Below the pieces are notes generated by a model, which was not told the DNA's origin, did no database searches, and saw only the letters and a list, made by a program, of their open reading frames with translations. From Eledone cirrhosa (taxonomy: Eukaryota), in assembly GCA_964016885.1 (NCBI GenBank), contig OZ024743.1, positions 54,870,001 to 54,934,000 of the forward strand: a stretch of 64,000 bases of DNA, read 5' to 3'. The translations under genes were made by a program, and so were the position numbers. The first letter of the stretch is position 1. Each line of letters starts with the position of its first letter. Positions 1 through 15,802 of this stretch are shown here, piece by piece.

Positions 1-195
1 TCGTCGATCATGTGTTTTCCTCTCTGATGTTGCTTCGTAGTCGAATCCTGAATCTTCCAATTCCTTTCTGACCTTTTCCACCATTCTCCTGCTGACGCTG
101 AGAAAGTCTGAAATTTCCTTATTTGTCCTCCCGGCGCGGATTCCAAGAAGAACTCCGTGTCCCTTCCATAAATTTGGAGGTTCAACATTATTCAT
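1..195 (-). CDS. Transposase N-terminal HTH region (partial, open to window edge)
   Basis: Manual translation MNNVEPPNLWKGHGVLLGIRAGRTNKEISDFLSVSRRMVEKVRKELEDSGFDYEATSERKTHDRR; G.TNKEI..FL.VSRR.V.KV pattern is typical of Tc1/mariner paired-like HTH. Confidence 0.65.
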   Translation of the reverse strand, partial: MNNVEPPNLWKGHGVLLGIRAGRTNKEISDFLSVSRRMVEKVRKELEDSGFDYEATSERKTHDRR

Positions 196-327
196 AATCA
201 ATTATTCTGAAAATAAATAATGGAATATAGTCACTGTTTTTATGAAGAAAAGAGTGACAACGGAAGTAAAAAAAATTTGCATAAAATTAGCAGTTGAAAA
301 TTGCGAACAAATATCGTCCACACCCTG
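1..327 (-). mobile_element. Tc1/mariner-superfamily DNA transposon, 5' end (runs off window edge)
   Basis: Minus strand begins TA|CAGGGTGTGGACGATATTTGTTCGCAATTT, a mariner/maT-like TIR next to a TA tract, followed by an ATG ORF. Confidence 0.7.
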
Positions 328-365
328 TATATATATATATATATATATATAATATAATACTGACT

Positions 366-527
<162 letters not shown>

Positions 528-1029
528 AGTCAGGCATGTAACGAACAATCAACCAAAAAATCTATATTGTATCTCTAACACATGGAGAGATAAATACATT
601 CACACAAACACATACATAAACAGGAATCCAGCCCACATATACATTAACAAACACCCATGTAACCATTCAACCTGCCAGCCAGCCAACCAAAAAGATATCT
701 AAAACAAACTAAAGTAAATAAACATTAAAGTGGTGCTCTGTACTTTTTATGTATTGTCGACGTGATTGATAGTAATCAATGATTGATTATAGGCAGAAGC
801 GTTTTGTTAATAAGTTGGTTTCCTCTATTTTAATATATTTGTCTTGAAATATGTGAAAATATCGCAATATATATCTCGCTCCGCATCACACACTGTCTCT
901 TTGTGCCGTGTAATATCTCAGACCATCATTCTTAGTTTTCATCAATATTCGACAAGTAAATAACCAACGAATCGCTAATGCTTAGACACTCAACCGACCT
1001 TTCAATTGTTCACACACACACACATATAC

Positions 1030-1620
<591 letters not shown>

Positions 1621-1866
1621 TACATTTATAAACACATACACACATACATATATATATATACTTTTATATACCCATACTTATAGATATTAATATGAATATT
1701 TATACATTCGCGTGTCTGAGTGTGAGTATGTACACCTTATAAATACTATAACGAGTCTATCTATGTTTTAAGTCTTTCATTTATATACTAAATTTCTTTG
1801 GTTACGTAAAGGGATTCTTCTCTAAGATACATTTTTAACTATTGCATCTCTTTCTCACACTCTCGC

Positions 1867-1926
<60 letters not shown>

Positions 1927-1929
<3 letters not shown>

Positions 1930-2359
1930 TTGTCCCCCGGTTTTCGTTGGGGTAACGTTCCTGGAGCACCCGCGAAAAGTGAAAAACAGTGAATAATGGA
2001 CATGGTCCATAAAATACCCATATACGTCAAAATATAACGTAAAATACGATTAAAAAGAGGGAGCGTGTTATATGAAGGTGCGTCCAATAGTCCAGCGAAT
2101 ACGGTATATTGTTACCAATAATTTAACGTTAAAAAGATATATATTGCTACGAAAAAAGACATTTAAAAAAATAATTGTTTCTACTTTTGGCACAAGGCCA
2201 GCAATTACCCAGTGTATTACTGGTACTTTATTATATCGAAAAAATAATGGAAGATACTTACGATTCCATGAATATGAGGTGGTTTCAACGAATAATATTA
2301 GTTAGTTTCTAAAGAAAACTCCGCGAATAACCGGGACTGTGAATACCGGGGATACACTG
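1927..2359. mobile_element. Tigger/pogo-like non-autonomous MITE with internal SINE fragment (~2172-2240)
   Basis: TA|CAGTTGTCCCCCGGTTTTCG ... GAATACCGGGGATACACTG|TA: imperfect TIRs with CAGT ends and TA target duplication. Confidence 0.7.
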
Positions 2360-2393
2360 TATATACATATTTATTTATATAGATATATATGCA

Positions 2394-2441
<48 letters not shown>

Positions 2442-2487
2442 TATAAATATATATATATATATACACAAAAATATATATATATATATA

Positions 2488-2541
<54 letters not shown>

Positions 2542-2553
2542 TATATATATATA

Positions 2554-2622
<69 letters not shown>

Positions 2623-2638
2623 TATATATATATACACA

Positions 2639-2707
<69 letters not shown>

Positions 2708-2726
2708 TATATATATATATACATAT

Positions 2727-3180
2727 AGGAAAATGTTCAAGGCCCCTTGAATCCGAATCTCTCCTTTGTGTCGAATTTAAGTTCTGGTTTTCGCGGAAAC
2801 TATCGCAGAAGAATGTTCTCCATCTCAATCTTTTCGCAAACAGGTCGATTTTTGGCGTGGGCATCCGTAGGTAAAGTTTTCTCGGTGGAACAGGGATGTT
2901 ATTGGTGGAGAAGTCACTAGTGTGAAGAAACTGGAGCTAGGTGGAAAAATCGGGATATGGCGTGGTAGTGTCGGAAAGTGCTCTACTACGGAGGTAGGAG
3001 CTAGATAACGAAGGAAGTGTGGTAAGGAACCAGGTGAACCATAACGCACCAGAGTACTCAATACTTAGGGTAGTAGAGTGGGTAATAGGAAACTGTTGAA
3101 GACTCCTATTACCCACTCTACTACCCTAAGTATTGAGTACTGTGGTGCGTTATGGTTCACCTAGTTCCTTATCACACTTG
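2727..3180 (-). mobile_element. Naiad-type PLE 5' UTR plus ORF start, with inverted segment
   Basis: Minus strand encodes [36 protein letters not shown], homologous to the N-terminus of the Naiad ORF at ~54950-55060. 3013-3090 is inverted at 3105-3180. Shorter copies at 12047-12165, 37900-38027, 42174-42355, 60290-60343. Confidence 0.75.
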
Positions 3181-3185
3181 TTTTG

Positions 3186-3275
<90 letters not shown>

Positions 3276-3315
3276 ACAGGAGGCTGGACTGGTGTAAATC
3301 ATTGAAAGGTTTATT

Positions 3316-3374
3316 ATACTATGATCATTTCAATGACCGGGTTCCATATGAATCCGGTGATATCATCAGGTATT
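3316..3374 (-). ncRNA. Type I hammerhead ribozyme
   Basis: atac-CTGATGA-(accgg..ccggt stem II)-GAAA-tgatca-TA-gtat; palindromic stem III; same motif on + at 32507-32565. Confidence 0.8.
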
Positions 3375-4925
3375 CGAAATATAACAAAGGAATATGTAAA
3401 AACCATGGGTCCGAAAAATCTGAGACAGAGAGGACGACTGACCAACTAGCTGCCTTCACCTCGGCCAGTCACCCTCAAAGTGATGGCTACCGGGTCTACT
3501 AATGACCATCTGGTGAGGGGGCGAAGGCTTATAATGTACTACCATCTCTCCGTCAAAGAATAAAAAAGGGGAAGAAAGAAAGAAAGAAAGAAGAAAAAAG
3601 AAAGAAGTCAGCGTAAGGGTCACACTACAGTCATGCTAGAAAACGCCGCGAAAAATGTTATTCCAAAGAATCTATATTTTAACAAAGGCATATATAATGG
3701 GTGATGTATGGTCTAATGTGTGAACAGAAAATTGGAACGTTAAACTTATGTTACGAGTTATAGGATGAAATAAAATTTAAAAAATAATAAATTGTAAAAT
3801 AAATTAAAAAAAATAAATAAATCATTAAAAAATTAACGGTTAAGGTAGCGAGATTTATTTAATGAACTTACAGAGAGAGTCTTATATGAAAAAGTTAATC
3901 TCGATAATATATCAGGGTGGGATATAGAGTAAAGATTAAAGCCTTCGTGTCAGCCAGTTTCGAGTGGTATCGTCCAGCGAAAGAAATGGAAATTAATTTT
4001 TCCGAGTACTCTAGGAACGTAGCTACCTTAGGCCTCGGGTGTGCTAGCGGGAAGTCTACAATTTCGAGAGACCATCGTCTATACCAAACGAATACTATTA
4101 ATTCACACATGAGGGGCTTATTTACGTGCCAGTAGAGGCATGATACAGCTAACAGTTATGCCTAAGCCTGGAGTTTATAGGTATACGTATATGGCGGTCA
4201 AAACAGGCGGCACAGTGGACCCGGGGCAAAGCAACCCGCTCCGAGTAATTTCGTTTACCGAAAGAGGGGAAATTTATTTTTCCAAGCAATCAAGGAAGGC
4301 TGAACTCTTCGAGCGCCCGGCGCGCAGCCGGGAAAAGCCACCAAATCAGTCGAAGGTAGCAAAACCCAATGAAAAGTGCAAATAGACTATAATTATTTTA
4401 AAGTCCCAGTTAGTCCAGGTTATAAGTAGTGTGGTTCTTTGGTGGGTAGGGGCTATGAAAGGTGCATAATGATCTGAGTAAGGAAAGTTACAAATAAATA
4501 AAAGCAGGATACAAAGATAAAATACAAAGATAAAGAATACATTGATAAAAATACATTAATAAACTAATAAAAGTAAAAAGTAAAATACATAAATAAACGC
4601 CTTCATAGCTAGGGTTGTGATGTAGTAAGACGGAAGTATATAAGAACATATCGGAGGAATCAAAGCAAAGGGGAAATACAATATAGATCAAGTTGTAGTA
4701 AGATAATACAGGTTGTACATATAGATATAGAGAATGGAAGAGATAGAATGGTAACTGGTGATATCTAGTGTAAAGTTCGGGTCTCCGAATTCAGTGTGAG
4801 TCACAAAAACGTCCTGAGGTATAGAGTAGAGAATTCAGTCAATACAATACATGTTTTAGTATAATACGTAGAAATTTGTCGGAATCCGAATAAATTTTAA
4901 AAAGTTCACTGTACTTACTATATTT

Positions 4926-5009
4926 ACCCTTACCGCGCAGTTTCAAGTCTCAAAATAAATGGATAATCCATGCGGACAATCAATGAGAAGGAGACTCTCG
5001 TCAGAGGGT
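4926..5009 (-). ncRNA. Type I hammerhead ribozyme, long stem II
   Basis: accct-CTGACGA-gagtctc...gagactt-GAAA-ctgcgcgg-TA-agggt. Confidence 0.85.
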
Positions 5010-5115
5010 TCTTCTCGTTCGGAGAATATAAAATTCCCGAGTTCAAATCACGAACGGGCGCCATACAGAACTGTTCCCGGATGAGAGTGGATGATAAAGA
5101 AACAATCTTGTCTAG

Positions 5116-5153
<38 letters not shown>

Positions 5154-5246
5154 CGAAATATAAGATATATGTATATATAAAGCGAGAAAGAAAGGGAGAA
5201 AGGGATCGTTAGAGAAACAGTCATTTGTACATATATAAAGCATATC

Positions 5247-5432
5247 ATTGTTTCTACTTTTGGCAGAGGGCAGCAATTACACAGTGCATTACTGGTACTT
5301 TATTTTATCGACCCCGTAAGTATGAAAGGCAAAGTTAACCTCGGTGGGATTTGAACTGAGAATGGCAAGGGCCGTAATTCTATGCGTCAAAGCATGGCGT
5401 CCGACCCTCTACCGATACTGCCAATCCACCAT
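5247..5432 (-). mobile_element. tRNA-derived SINE with Nin/Deu-type central domain
   Basis: A-box TGGCAGTATCGG, B-box GTTCAAATC, then GCCTTTCAT.CTTACGGGGTCGATAAAATAAAGTACCAG. Confidence 0.8.
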
Positions 5433-5524
5433 ATAAAGCATAAAATGCTTTATGCTTTATATATATATGTACAAAAAATAAAAAAATATATGCTTCTCTA
5501 ACGATATATGACAAACCCCCCCCC

Positions 5525-6730
<1,206 letters not shown>

Positions 6731-6789
6731 TCTAATATATATATATATACCCTCTCTAGCAGTCACTCTCTCTGTTAGCCTCTTCCTCA

Positions 6790-7310
6790 CCCTTCACTCA
6801 CTCATTCTCTGTTACTACCTCTCCTCCTCCTCCTTCTTCCCGTTTGACCTGTGCGTAATTCTTTTCTTTCGCACCCTTGGTCTGGCAGGTCGCTTTTTTT
6901 CTCTCTCTAGTCTACGATTTCACAGAACTTACGTTCACCGAAATCACAGACTAGATCCCTTCTTCCTCCCGTTAGACCTGTACGGAATTCCTTCCTTGCT
7001 TACATTCCAACCAGGTTTGATGGTCTTTATTCTCTCTCGTTCACGATTTCACCGAATTTAAATTCATAGAAATTTGGGACTTGACTCCTTCTTCCTCACT
7101 TTTCGTTGCTTCACCATTTTGTTTGTTTACACTCGTGTTCCCTTTATTTACGTGTCCCAACGACTTTTTTTAGCCGTTGCTCGCACCAACCGGAGGTATA
7201 TGGTCTTTAAAGCGATGAAATACCAATGATGGTTGGAAGATCACTGATGAAGGACTAACTTTATTCATATGTAACCCATTAGCAACCCTGCAGCACGTTT
7301 TTCTCATATA
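6790..7310. repeat. Dispersed ~520-bp non-coding repeat, copy 1
   Basis: Highly similar to 11437-11945; TA-flanked; contains CTGATGA but no clear downstream GAAA. Confidence 0.7.
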
Positions 7311-7321
7311 TATATATATAT

Positions 7322-7885
7322 ATCGTTTCTGAATTTGTTTAGCAAGATTCTTTATCTGAAAACGTGTGTTGAAACCGATATTGTTATACTTTGGGAGGGT
7401 CATGTTGCCAATAAGAAACACACGCACCAGTTGCTTTCACTCCAATTTATTATAAATTAAATTTATAAATTTAAGAATTTATAAATTTCCGGTTGGTTGG
7501 TTGGTTCCACAACCAGACGATTGTTCATATATTGTCAAAGTTCTTTCGTCACACATTCTGTGACCTCTTGATTGACTGGGGATTCTTTTCTTTGTTTTTG
7601 TGCCTCTCCTTTGAACATATACAAAAACAAGATGGCGTAGGACAGAACAAAGGAGAGGCACAAAAACAGAGAAAAGAATCCCCAGTCACTGAAGAGGTCA
7701 CAGAATGTGTGACGAAAGAATTTGACAATATATTAACAATCGTCTGGTTGTGGAACCAACCAACCAACCGAAAATTTATAAATTCTAAAATTTATAAATT
7801 TAATTTATAATAAATTGGAGTGAAAGCAACTGGTGCGTGTGTTTCTTATTGGCAACATGACCCTCCCACAGCATAACAATATATC
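7322..7885. mobile_element. Fold-back PLE-like element with hammerhead at 7685-7726 (+)
   Basis: ~7378-7613 inverted at ~7648-7882; gtca-CTGAAGA-g-gtcaca..tgtgac-GAAA-gaa(c)-TT-tgac; AAGATGGCG in the spacer; diverged relative at 11021-11410. Confidence 0.7.
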
Positions 7886-7902
7886 TATATATCTATATAT
7901 AT

Positions 7903-8835
<933 letters not shown>

Positions 8836-8964
8836 ATTACTATATATATATATATATATATATATCTTATATATACTCTTTTACCTGTTCCAGCCATCCG
8901 GCTGAGGCCATGCTGGGGCATGAAAAAATATATATATATATATATATATATGCTGGGACATTGA

Positions 8965-8995
<31 letters not shown>

Positions 8996-9060
8996 TATAT
9001 TCAAGGCTCTGATACCACCAACACTATACACACAGAGCTGGCATATCTAAGAACTGACTA

Positions 9061-9116
9061 ACTGCCTGATGAGGTCATAGCCATTCAATGGCTATCATCG
9101 AAATATATATAGCAGT
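9061..9116 (+). ncRNA. Type I hammerhead ribozyme in a TA-flanked ~160-bp insert (9001-9162)
   Basis: actgc-CTGATGA-(atagcc attcaat ggctat)-GAAA-tatata-TA-gcagt; perfect 5-bp stem I. Confidence 0.85.
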
Positions 9117-9157
9117 AAATAAAGGATTATGAGTTCATGCAATTGACTTATGTTTCG

Positions 9158-9228
<71 letters not shown>

Positions 9229-9380
9229 ATGTGTGTGTATGGATGGATGGACCACTTATACCCTAGCATGGACAAGCCACGCACCTGACAAAATAGCCAG
9301 TCAAATGTGAGCCCCTTGATTATCATTCTCGAAGAGCACAGTCGTCTGGGTCCGACTCTTTATATATATATATATATATA

Positions 9381-9657
9381 GTTATGTAATAAACAACATA
9401 AGATAATTAATTCATTTACCAGTGGTTTCTTGAAGACATATATTTATATCTGTCTTCAGTCGTCAGAACGAATAAAATGGATTTTTATTCGTTCTGACGA
9501 CTGATGACAGATATAAATATGTCTTCAAGAAACCACTGGTAAATGAATTAATTATCTTATGTTGTTTATTCCATAATTAAAAAGCTCTGTAGCCTACATA
9601 GAGCACCCTTTTTTCCTTTACCTTTCCTACGGAAATACTTCATTTATTTATATACTG

Positions 9658-9660
<3 letters not shown>
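9381..9660. mobile_element. Fold-back element with a hammerhead on each strand
   Basis: ~9385-9477 inverted at ~9482-9575; + strand 9487-9548 attcgtt-CTGACGA-..gtcttcaa-GAAA-ccactgg-TA-aatgaat. Confidence 0.8.
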
Positions 9661-9694
<34 letters not shown>

Positions 9695-9819
9695 TGGTAG
9701 AAATCCGTAAATGAATGATCAAGGAAAACAGTGCTCTATCTGTTTGAAGAGAGATAATTTATTGTAAACTAAGTTTCATATATTTAACACAATATATGGC
9801 TCTTTCTCTCACTATATAT

Positions 9820-10300
9820 ACATGTTAAGGTCTGCTAATATACAAATCAGGCTGATCAATCACTGTATATTTTAGAAAATAGCATATATTTTCACTAGCT
9901 CTGACAGTTAGCAGGTGAACAGTGAGCTGTACTGATGAAGGGTGATACCCAGAAACATTAGTGTCTGCAGTTCTGTTTACATGCCAACACAAGAGCAAGA
10001 ATGAAGCGTTCATTCTACTGACATGGTCTTAAAATTGAGGGTTGTTTGCATAATTGCAAATGAATCGAATGTTATTATTAATATTCGAAAATCCAGCATA
10101 GTTACGTTCCTTTGCGATCTGAGTTCAAATACCGCAGATGTTGACTTTGCCTTTCATCCTTACGGGGTCAATAAAATAAAGTACCAGTAATGCACTGTGT
10201 AATTGCTGGCCTTGTGCCTAAAGTAGAAACAATTATCAATATTCGAAAAACTCATATTACATTTATTGTATTCAGCCATGTAGAGCGAAATTTTTCTTTA
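9820..10300 (+). mobile_element. PLE-like non-coding element with hammerhead 9924-9973, interrupted by a SINE (~10092-10231)
   Basis: gagctgta-CTGATGA-agggt gat accca-GAAA-cattagtg-TC-tgcagttc; homolog without the SINE at 19198-19520. Confidence 0.8.
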
Positions 10301-10949
10301 TATATATATATATATATATTTGTGTGTGAGTGAGTATGTGTGCGTGTGTACATATATGCATATATGTATGTGTGTGTTTGTGTTCATGAATGTATCTGTG
10401 TGTATGTGTATGTGAACTTTTCGTACAACTGAATTCACAATTACTGTACATGATCCATCATGATCTGAATATTACAAATTTCCTAGTAAAGACGTTAAAG
10501 AGGAATCTTGTAATTATGTTTAAAATCCATGTTAGATCTTCTTCACAATAGAAACTACATGGCAACAGCCAGAATAAAACACACCAATATTAGTTATTTT
10601 GCATCTAAATGAGACATATTTATGCTTTGGAAGTTGCTACATCTTCCACGCGAACAAAATCTTTCAATAGGTAATGAGTTCTCTGTCAATTTTAACGATG
10701 AACATTCAGTTGTTTCATGAACTGAATGTCCACAATTAATGTGTCATGTTGGGTAGATGCCTTTAACATAGACTTGTGAATGAAATTGAATAAACGGAAA
10801 CTGTATATGTATATACATATATACACATATATATATATAACTATATATATATATATACATATGTATATAATTTTATATATATATATATACATATATACAT
10901 ATACACATATATATATATATATATATACATATATACACATTATATACAT

Positions 10950-11020
<71 letters not shown>

Positions 11021-11025
<5 letters not shown>

Positions 11026-11410
11026 TACTTGGGGAGGGTCATATTTGTGTAATATTGCCATTAAAAAAATGGCGTAGACATACAACACAACAGGAGGAAA
11101 ATATAACACCACTGACGATGTTGCAGATGTGCAACGAAAGATTTATGATAAACTATATATATGTGTTTGTGTCTATATTGTATCTGTATTATTTTTGACC
11201 GTCGGTCAGTCAATGGCAACATTGAGGACCGAGTAAGTTAGATTACCGATATAAAAGACAGCGAGAAGCGAAAACCAACCAAACAGTGAGTGTGTTCTGT
11301 TATTAATTCTGGCAATATTACACAAATATGACCCTCCCCAAGTATAACAATATTTGTTTCGACACACGATTTCATATAAAAAACCTCGTAAAACTAATTC
11401 ATCGCCGCTA
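11021..11410 (+). mobile_element. PLE-like element with short inverted arm and hammerhead 11108-11149
   Basis: 11022-11059 is inverted at 11310-11348; CTGACGA-t-gttgca gatg tgcaac-GAAA-gatt-TA; shares ATGACCCTCCC.AAGTATAAC and ATGGCGTAG with 7322-7885. Confidence 0.6.
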
Positions 11411-11436
11411 TATATATATATATATATATACATATA

Positions 11437-11945
11437 CCCTTCACTCACTCATTCTCTGTCACTACCTCTCCTCCTCCTCTTTCTTCCCGTTTGACCTGTG
11501 TGTAATTCTTTTCTCTCGCACGCTTGGCCAAGCTGGTCCGAATTTTTTCTCTCTCTCGTCTACGATTTCACAGAACTTATGTTTACCGAATTCGCAGACC
11601 AGACCCCTTCTTCCTCCCGTTAGACCTGTGCGAAATTCCTTCCTTGCTCACATTTCAACCAGGTTTGATGGTCTTTATTCTCTCGTTCACGATTTCACCG
11701 AATTTAAATTCATAGAAATCTGGGACTTGTCTCTTTCTTCCTCACTTTCTGTTGCTTCACCATTTTGTTTGTTTACCCTCGCGTCCCCTTTATTTACGTG
11801 TCCCAACGACTTTTTTTAGCCGTTGCTCGCACCAACCGGAGGCATATGGTCTTTAAAGCGATGAAATGCCTATGATGGTTGGAAGATCACTGATGAAGGA
11901 CAAACTTTTTTCATATGTAACCCATTTGCAACTCCGCAGCGCCCT
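11437..11945. repeat. Dispersed ~510-bp repeat, copy 2
   Basis: Direct homolog of 6790-7310. Confidence 0.7.
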
Positions 11946-11949
11946 TATT

Positions 11950-12032
<83 letters not shown>

Positions 12033-12409
12033 TATATATATATATAACGAAGGAGGTGTGGTAAGGAACCAGATGGACCATAACGCACCAGAGTACTCAA
12101 TACTTAGGTCCAGAAATAGCTGTCGAAACGGCTTGAGCTCTGCCGTCGGGGTCAAACATTTTCCTATATATATATATATATATATATGTACACACACACA
12201 TATATATATGTGTGTGTGTGTGTGTGTGCGTCTGTGTCTGTGTCTGTGAGTGGGCGTATGATTGTAATTTAGTTACATTGGCTCTGCTTGATGCAATTAT
12301 CATTGAGCTAAAATACACCTGCTAAGTGAGTAAAACCCATTTCTTTCTCTTATAAGTATTATTGTTATTATATATAAATTTATTATATATTAATTATTAT
12401 ATATAATAT

Positions 12410-12675
12410 GGCGGTGGATTGGCAGTATTGGTAGAGGGTCGGATGCCATGCTTTCCAGCATAATTACGTCCCTTTACGATCTGAGTTCAAATCCCACCGA
12501 GGTTGACTTTGCCTTTCATCCTTACGGGGTCGATAAAATAAAGTACCAGTAATGCACTGGGTAATTGCTGGCCTTGTGCCTAAAGTAGAAACAATTAATT
12601 ATTATATATAAAATAAAGTACCAGTAATACACTGGGATAATTGCTGGCCTTGTGCCAAAAGTAGAAACAATTATT
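12410..12675 (+). mobile_element. Full-length tRNA-derived Nin/Deu-type SINE with duplicated 3' end
   Basis: GGCGGTGGATTGGCAGTATTGG...GAGTTCAAATCCC...GCCTTTCATCCTTACGGGGTCGATAAAATAAAGTACCAG; 3' part repeated at 12611-12675. Confidence 0.85.
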
Positions 12676-13101
12676 GGTATTATATATATATATACATATA
12701 TAAATACAATATCGGAGAAAGTTTTTTAGCGATACTCCGGCCAAATTCCAACTCACTCAACAAACATTAGGAAATAAGTGATTATATTCCCAATTATGTG
12801 TTCGGGGTGCTAACTAAAAGTATTGCGTGGAAAATTGGCTGTATTATTTCATATGAGACATATCTAATAGGATTCCTACAATTTGGGTGAAATTATACCA
12901 ATTTATGTAGGAGCTTGTATACCATCAATAGATATATATTCAAGTGGGCTCCTATAATTCATCAGTGGGTGCCCCATATATATATATACATGTAATTATA
13001 TACATGGTTGTAAAAGGTGGTCATGTATTTATCTTTTATTATATAATTTCCTGATCAGCGGGAACCATGAAACTGAGTATTACCAGTGTGTAATCCCAGT
13101 A

Positions 13102-13162
<61 letters not shown>

Positions 13163-13197
13163 TATTGATGTGTGTGCGTTTGTGTGTGTGTGTGTGT

Positions 13198-13296
<99 letters not shown>

Positions 13297-13308
13297 CATA
13301 CATATATA

Positions 13309-13387
<79 letters not shown>

Positions 13388-14615
13388 ATATATATTATAG
13401 GCAACATTTTCATTTGAGGCCACTTTCTAACACAAACCACCCCCTTTGAAAAATATCATTAATGCCAACCCTACCCCTTACTGCGATCAAAGGATATGAC
13501 CTATTACTAATAAATACTTGAAATAAATATATTCAAATATTTAAAGATAAAGCCTGCTAAAATGATGTAACGATTTCTTTCGACAAAAGAATCTGTATCA
13601 AAGAAAATACTTCATACGATTTGATATCTAAACCAGATGCACATGACAAATAAAATTAATGAGTTTGTACTATGGAAAATATATTCTAAAATACCGCCCC
13701 GCAGCAGTAACTCAACTGATAAGACCTCATTCCTTAACTACAACAATATCGTAAGCATCAAAACCAATAACTAACCATACATATATCGGAATTATACTTG
13801 TCTGGCTAACAACTAAACTGAGATCATGTGTTGAAGCTGAAGCAATAACGTCGTGTGACAATCATTTTAGCCAGAATTGTGCTTGTCTGGCAAGTGACTT
13901 GATCTAAGACCTTGTGTTGAAAGTAAAGCTATTGCAGCGTAGAAGAGTTATTTTAGCCATTCAATAACACTAACAAATTGTTAAATTCGTTTTACGTTTA
14001 TCATATATATCCTTGTGTCTGAATTTTCGTCGCTCTCTTTGCAATCTCGTCATAGACATTGTTCCTCATATTTTGACATCAAATTATAAATTATGTATGT
14101 AAAGGGAAGTTAATAGTTTCTAAGTTTTTGTCTGGCAAGTGACTTGATTTGAGACTGTATTGAGACTTAAACAATTACGTTCCAGAAAAGACATTTTAGT
14201 TATCCACAAACACCCAAAAAGCGTTAGCTCACTAAATATTGATAATTTAAGTGCTGTTAAATTTAGGTCTCCCTGTTTATGAATTGGAAATATGCCGGGG
14301 ACGAGGTCGCAAATAGTAAGACAAACATTTTAACAACAAGAAGTAAATAAAAAGTTAACAGTTTTGTGTTTTGAATAGTTAAAATGTATATTAACGCGCG
14401 GGATTTTATATATGAAATGGCAAATGTAAAATTGATGACTTTAATGTGTTTGAAAATGACCGTTTGTCTGAAATTTCTGTACTTTGCTTGTGGTAAATTA
14501 TACGGTAATAATTCATGTTGTCTCTTATGGTGAAATAGTGTTTGAAAGAACTTAACACAAAAATCTACAGACGAATGAATTCTTGCTACATGCAGCATTG
14601 ATACATATGCCTGTG

Positions 14616-14665
<50 letters not shown>

Positions 14666-15009
14666 ATGTGTGCGTGCCTGCGTTAATAATACAAACGATT
14701 CTACATCATCGACTACTAATGGTTTTGAAAACAGCCGGCAAATTTCATAAGATCCAAACGCGAACCTTGGATGCTCTTCAGGCCATGTATGTTTACAAAT
14801 CGCTAACTGTGTATCTTAAAGGTTCGACTGAAAAAGAAAGATAAATTGAGTGCAAAATTCGAAAACATGTGCACTGGGATCGGTATGATCTATTAACCAG
14901 TATCTTAGCATGCTTGCACGCTTATGAAACCAGTAAAATAATATTAAAATAAGGAAATCTATAAAGGGAAGAGGAATAAGAGAAGAAGCTTCAGAGATAG
15001 ATACGACTT

Positions 15010-15802
15010 CTTCAATCACTATTCCTGAGAAGGTCGTGGGGCAGAGTCCTCAAACGCACTTTCCAGTGGATCCTGTCAGAAGTAACCCTCTGCAACTGAT
15101 CCGGCTCGATCCCCAAGCGAGAGCACTCAAGCTCATGGATGTTATCCAACCATCTTGCATAGGATCTACCTCTGGGTCTCCGGCCACTTGGGTTTGCCCG
15201 TAACATCTGTTCAGTGATTCTTTCCTGAGACTTTCTAACCACATACCCTTAATATTGGAGCTGTGATCTTTCAATTTGGAGACTTAGCGGCTCGACTTGG
15301 AGCGACTCTCTGATCTCCAAGCTACGCACTCTATCGAGTAACTTTCGAGAACTCTCGGAGAAACCCCATTTGGGTCGTTTGAATTTGAGATCGTATTTTT
15401 CGGTCATTACCCAAGATTCATGGCCATAGATAAGAGTTGGCACGAATACTGAATTGAAGATAGCGAATTTAGCTTTTATACCTACCTCCCTTCTTCTGAT
15501 TACCGAATGCTGAATCTGGCGCATTACTGCACCAGAACCTGCATTTCTTGCACTTTATTCAGCCTCCTGCCTTCCATCACTCCTGAACGTGACCCCGAGA
15601 TACTTGAACTTCTCTACCTGCTTCAGTGGATCTCCATTCACATGTATAGTGCACTACTCATGCTTCCTTGATAGGACAAGTGTCTCAGTTTTCGCAGCCC
15701 CTATTTTCGTTCCAGCCATGCAGCAGCACTCAGCATCAAACTTATTGAATGTAATTCGGAATCACCTTCTGTCGAGTTAAGTAACACCATGTCGTCTGCA
15801 AC
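15010..15802 (-). mobile_element. 5'-truncated RTE-clade LINE with frameshifts
   Basis: ADDMV, FKYLGV, AIFNSVFVPTLIYGHESW, GRRPRGR..RWLD, DRIHWK motifs; flanked by a diverged ~70-bp direct repeat. Confidence 0.85.

Larger units (their letters stand above)
3271..5120 (-). mobile_element. Non-coding PLE-derived element(s) with two different hammerheads
   Basis: 3271-~4560 is an inverted homolog of ~31260-32610; 4926-5120 is an inverted homolog of ~29890-30086; TA tracts at both ends; no recognisable ORF. Confidence 0.65.

Noticed and set aside
7225-7300. CTGATGA in the 6790/11437 repeat as a hammerhead
   Set aside because: No properly placed GAAA/stem III/UH in either copy.
12410-12500. tRNA gene
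   Set aside because: A/B boxes belong to SINE heads that continue into Nin/CORE domains; no full cloverleaf.
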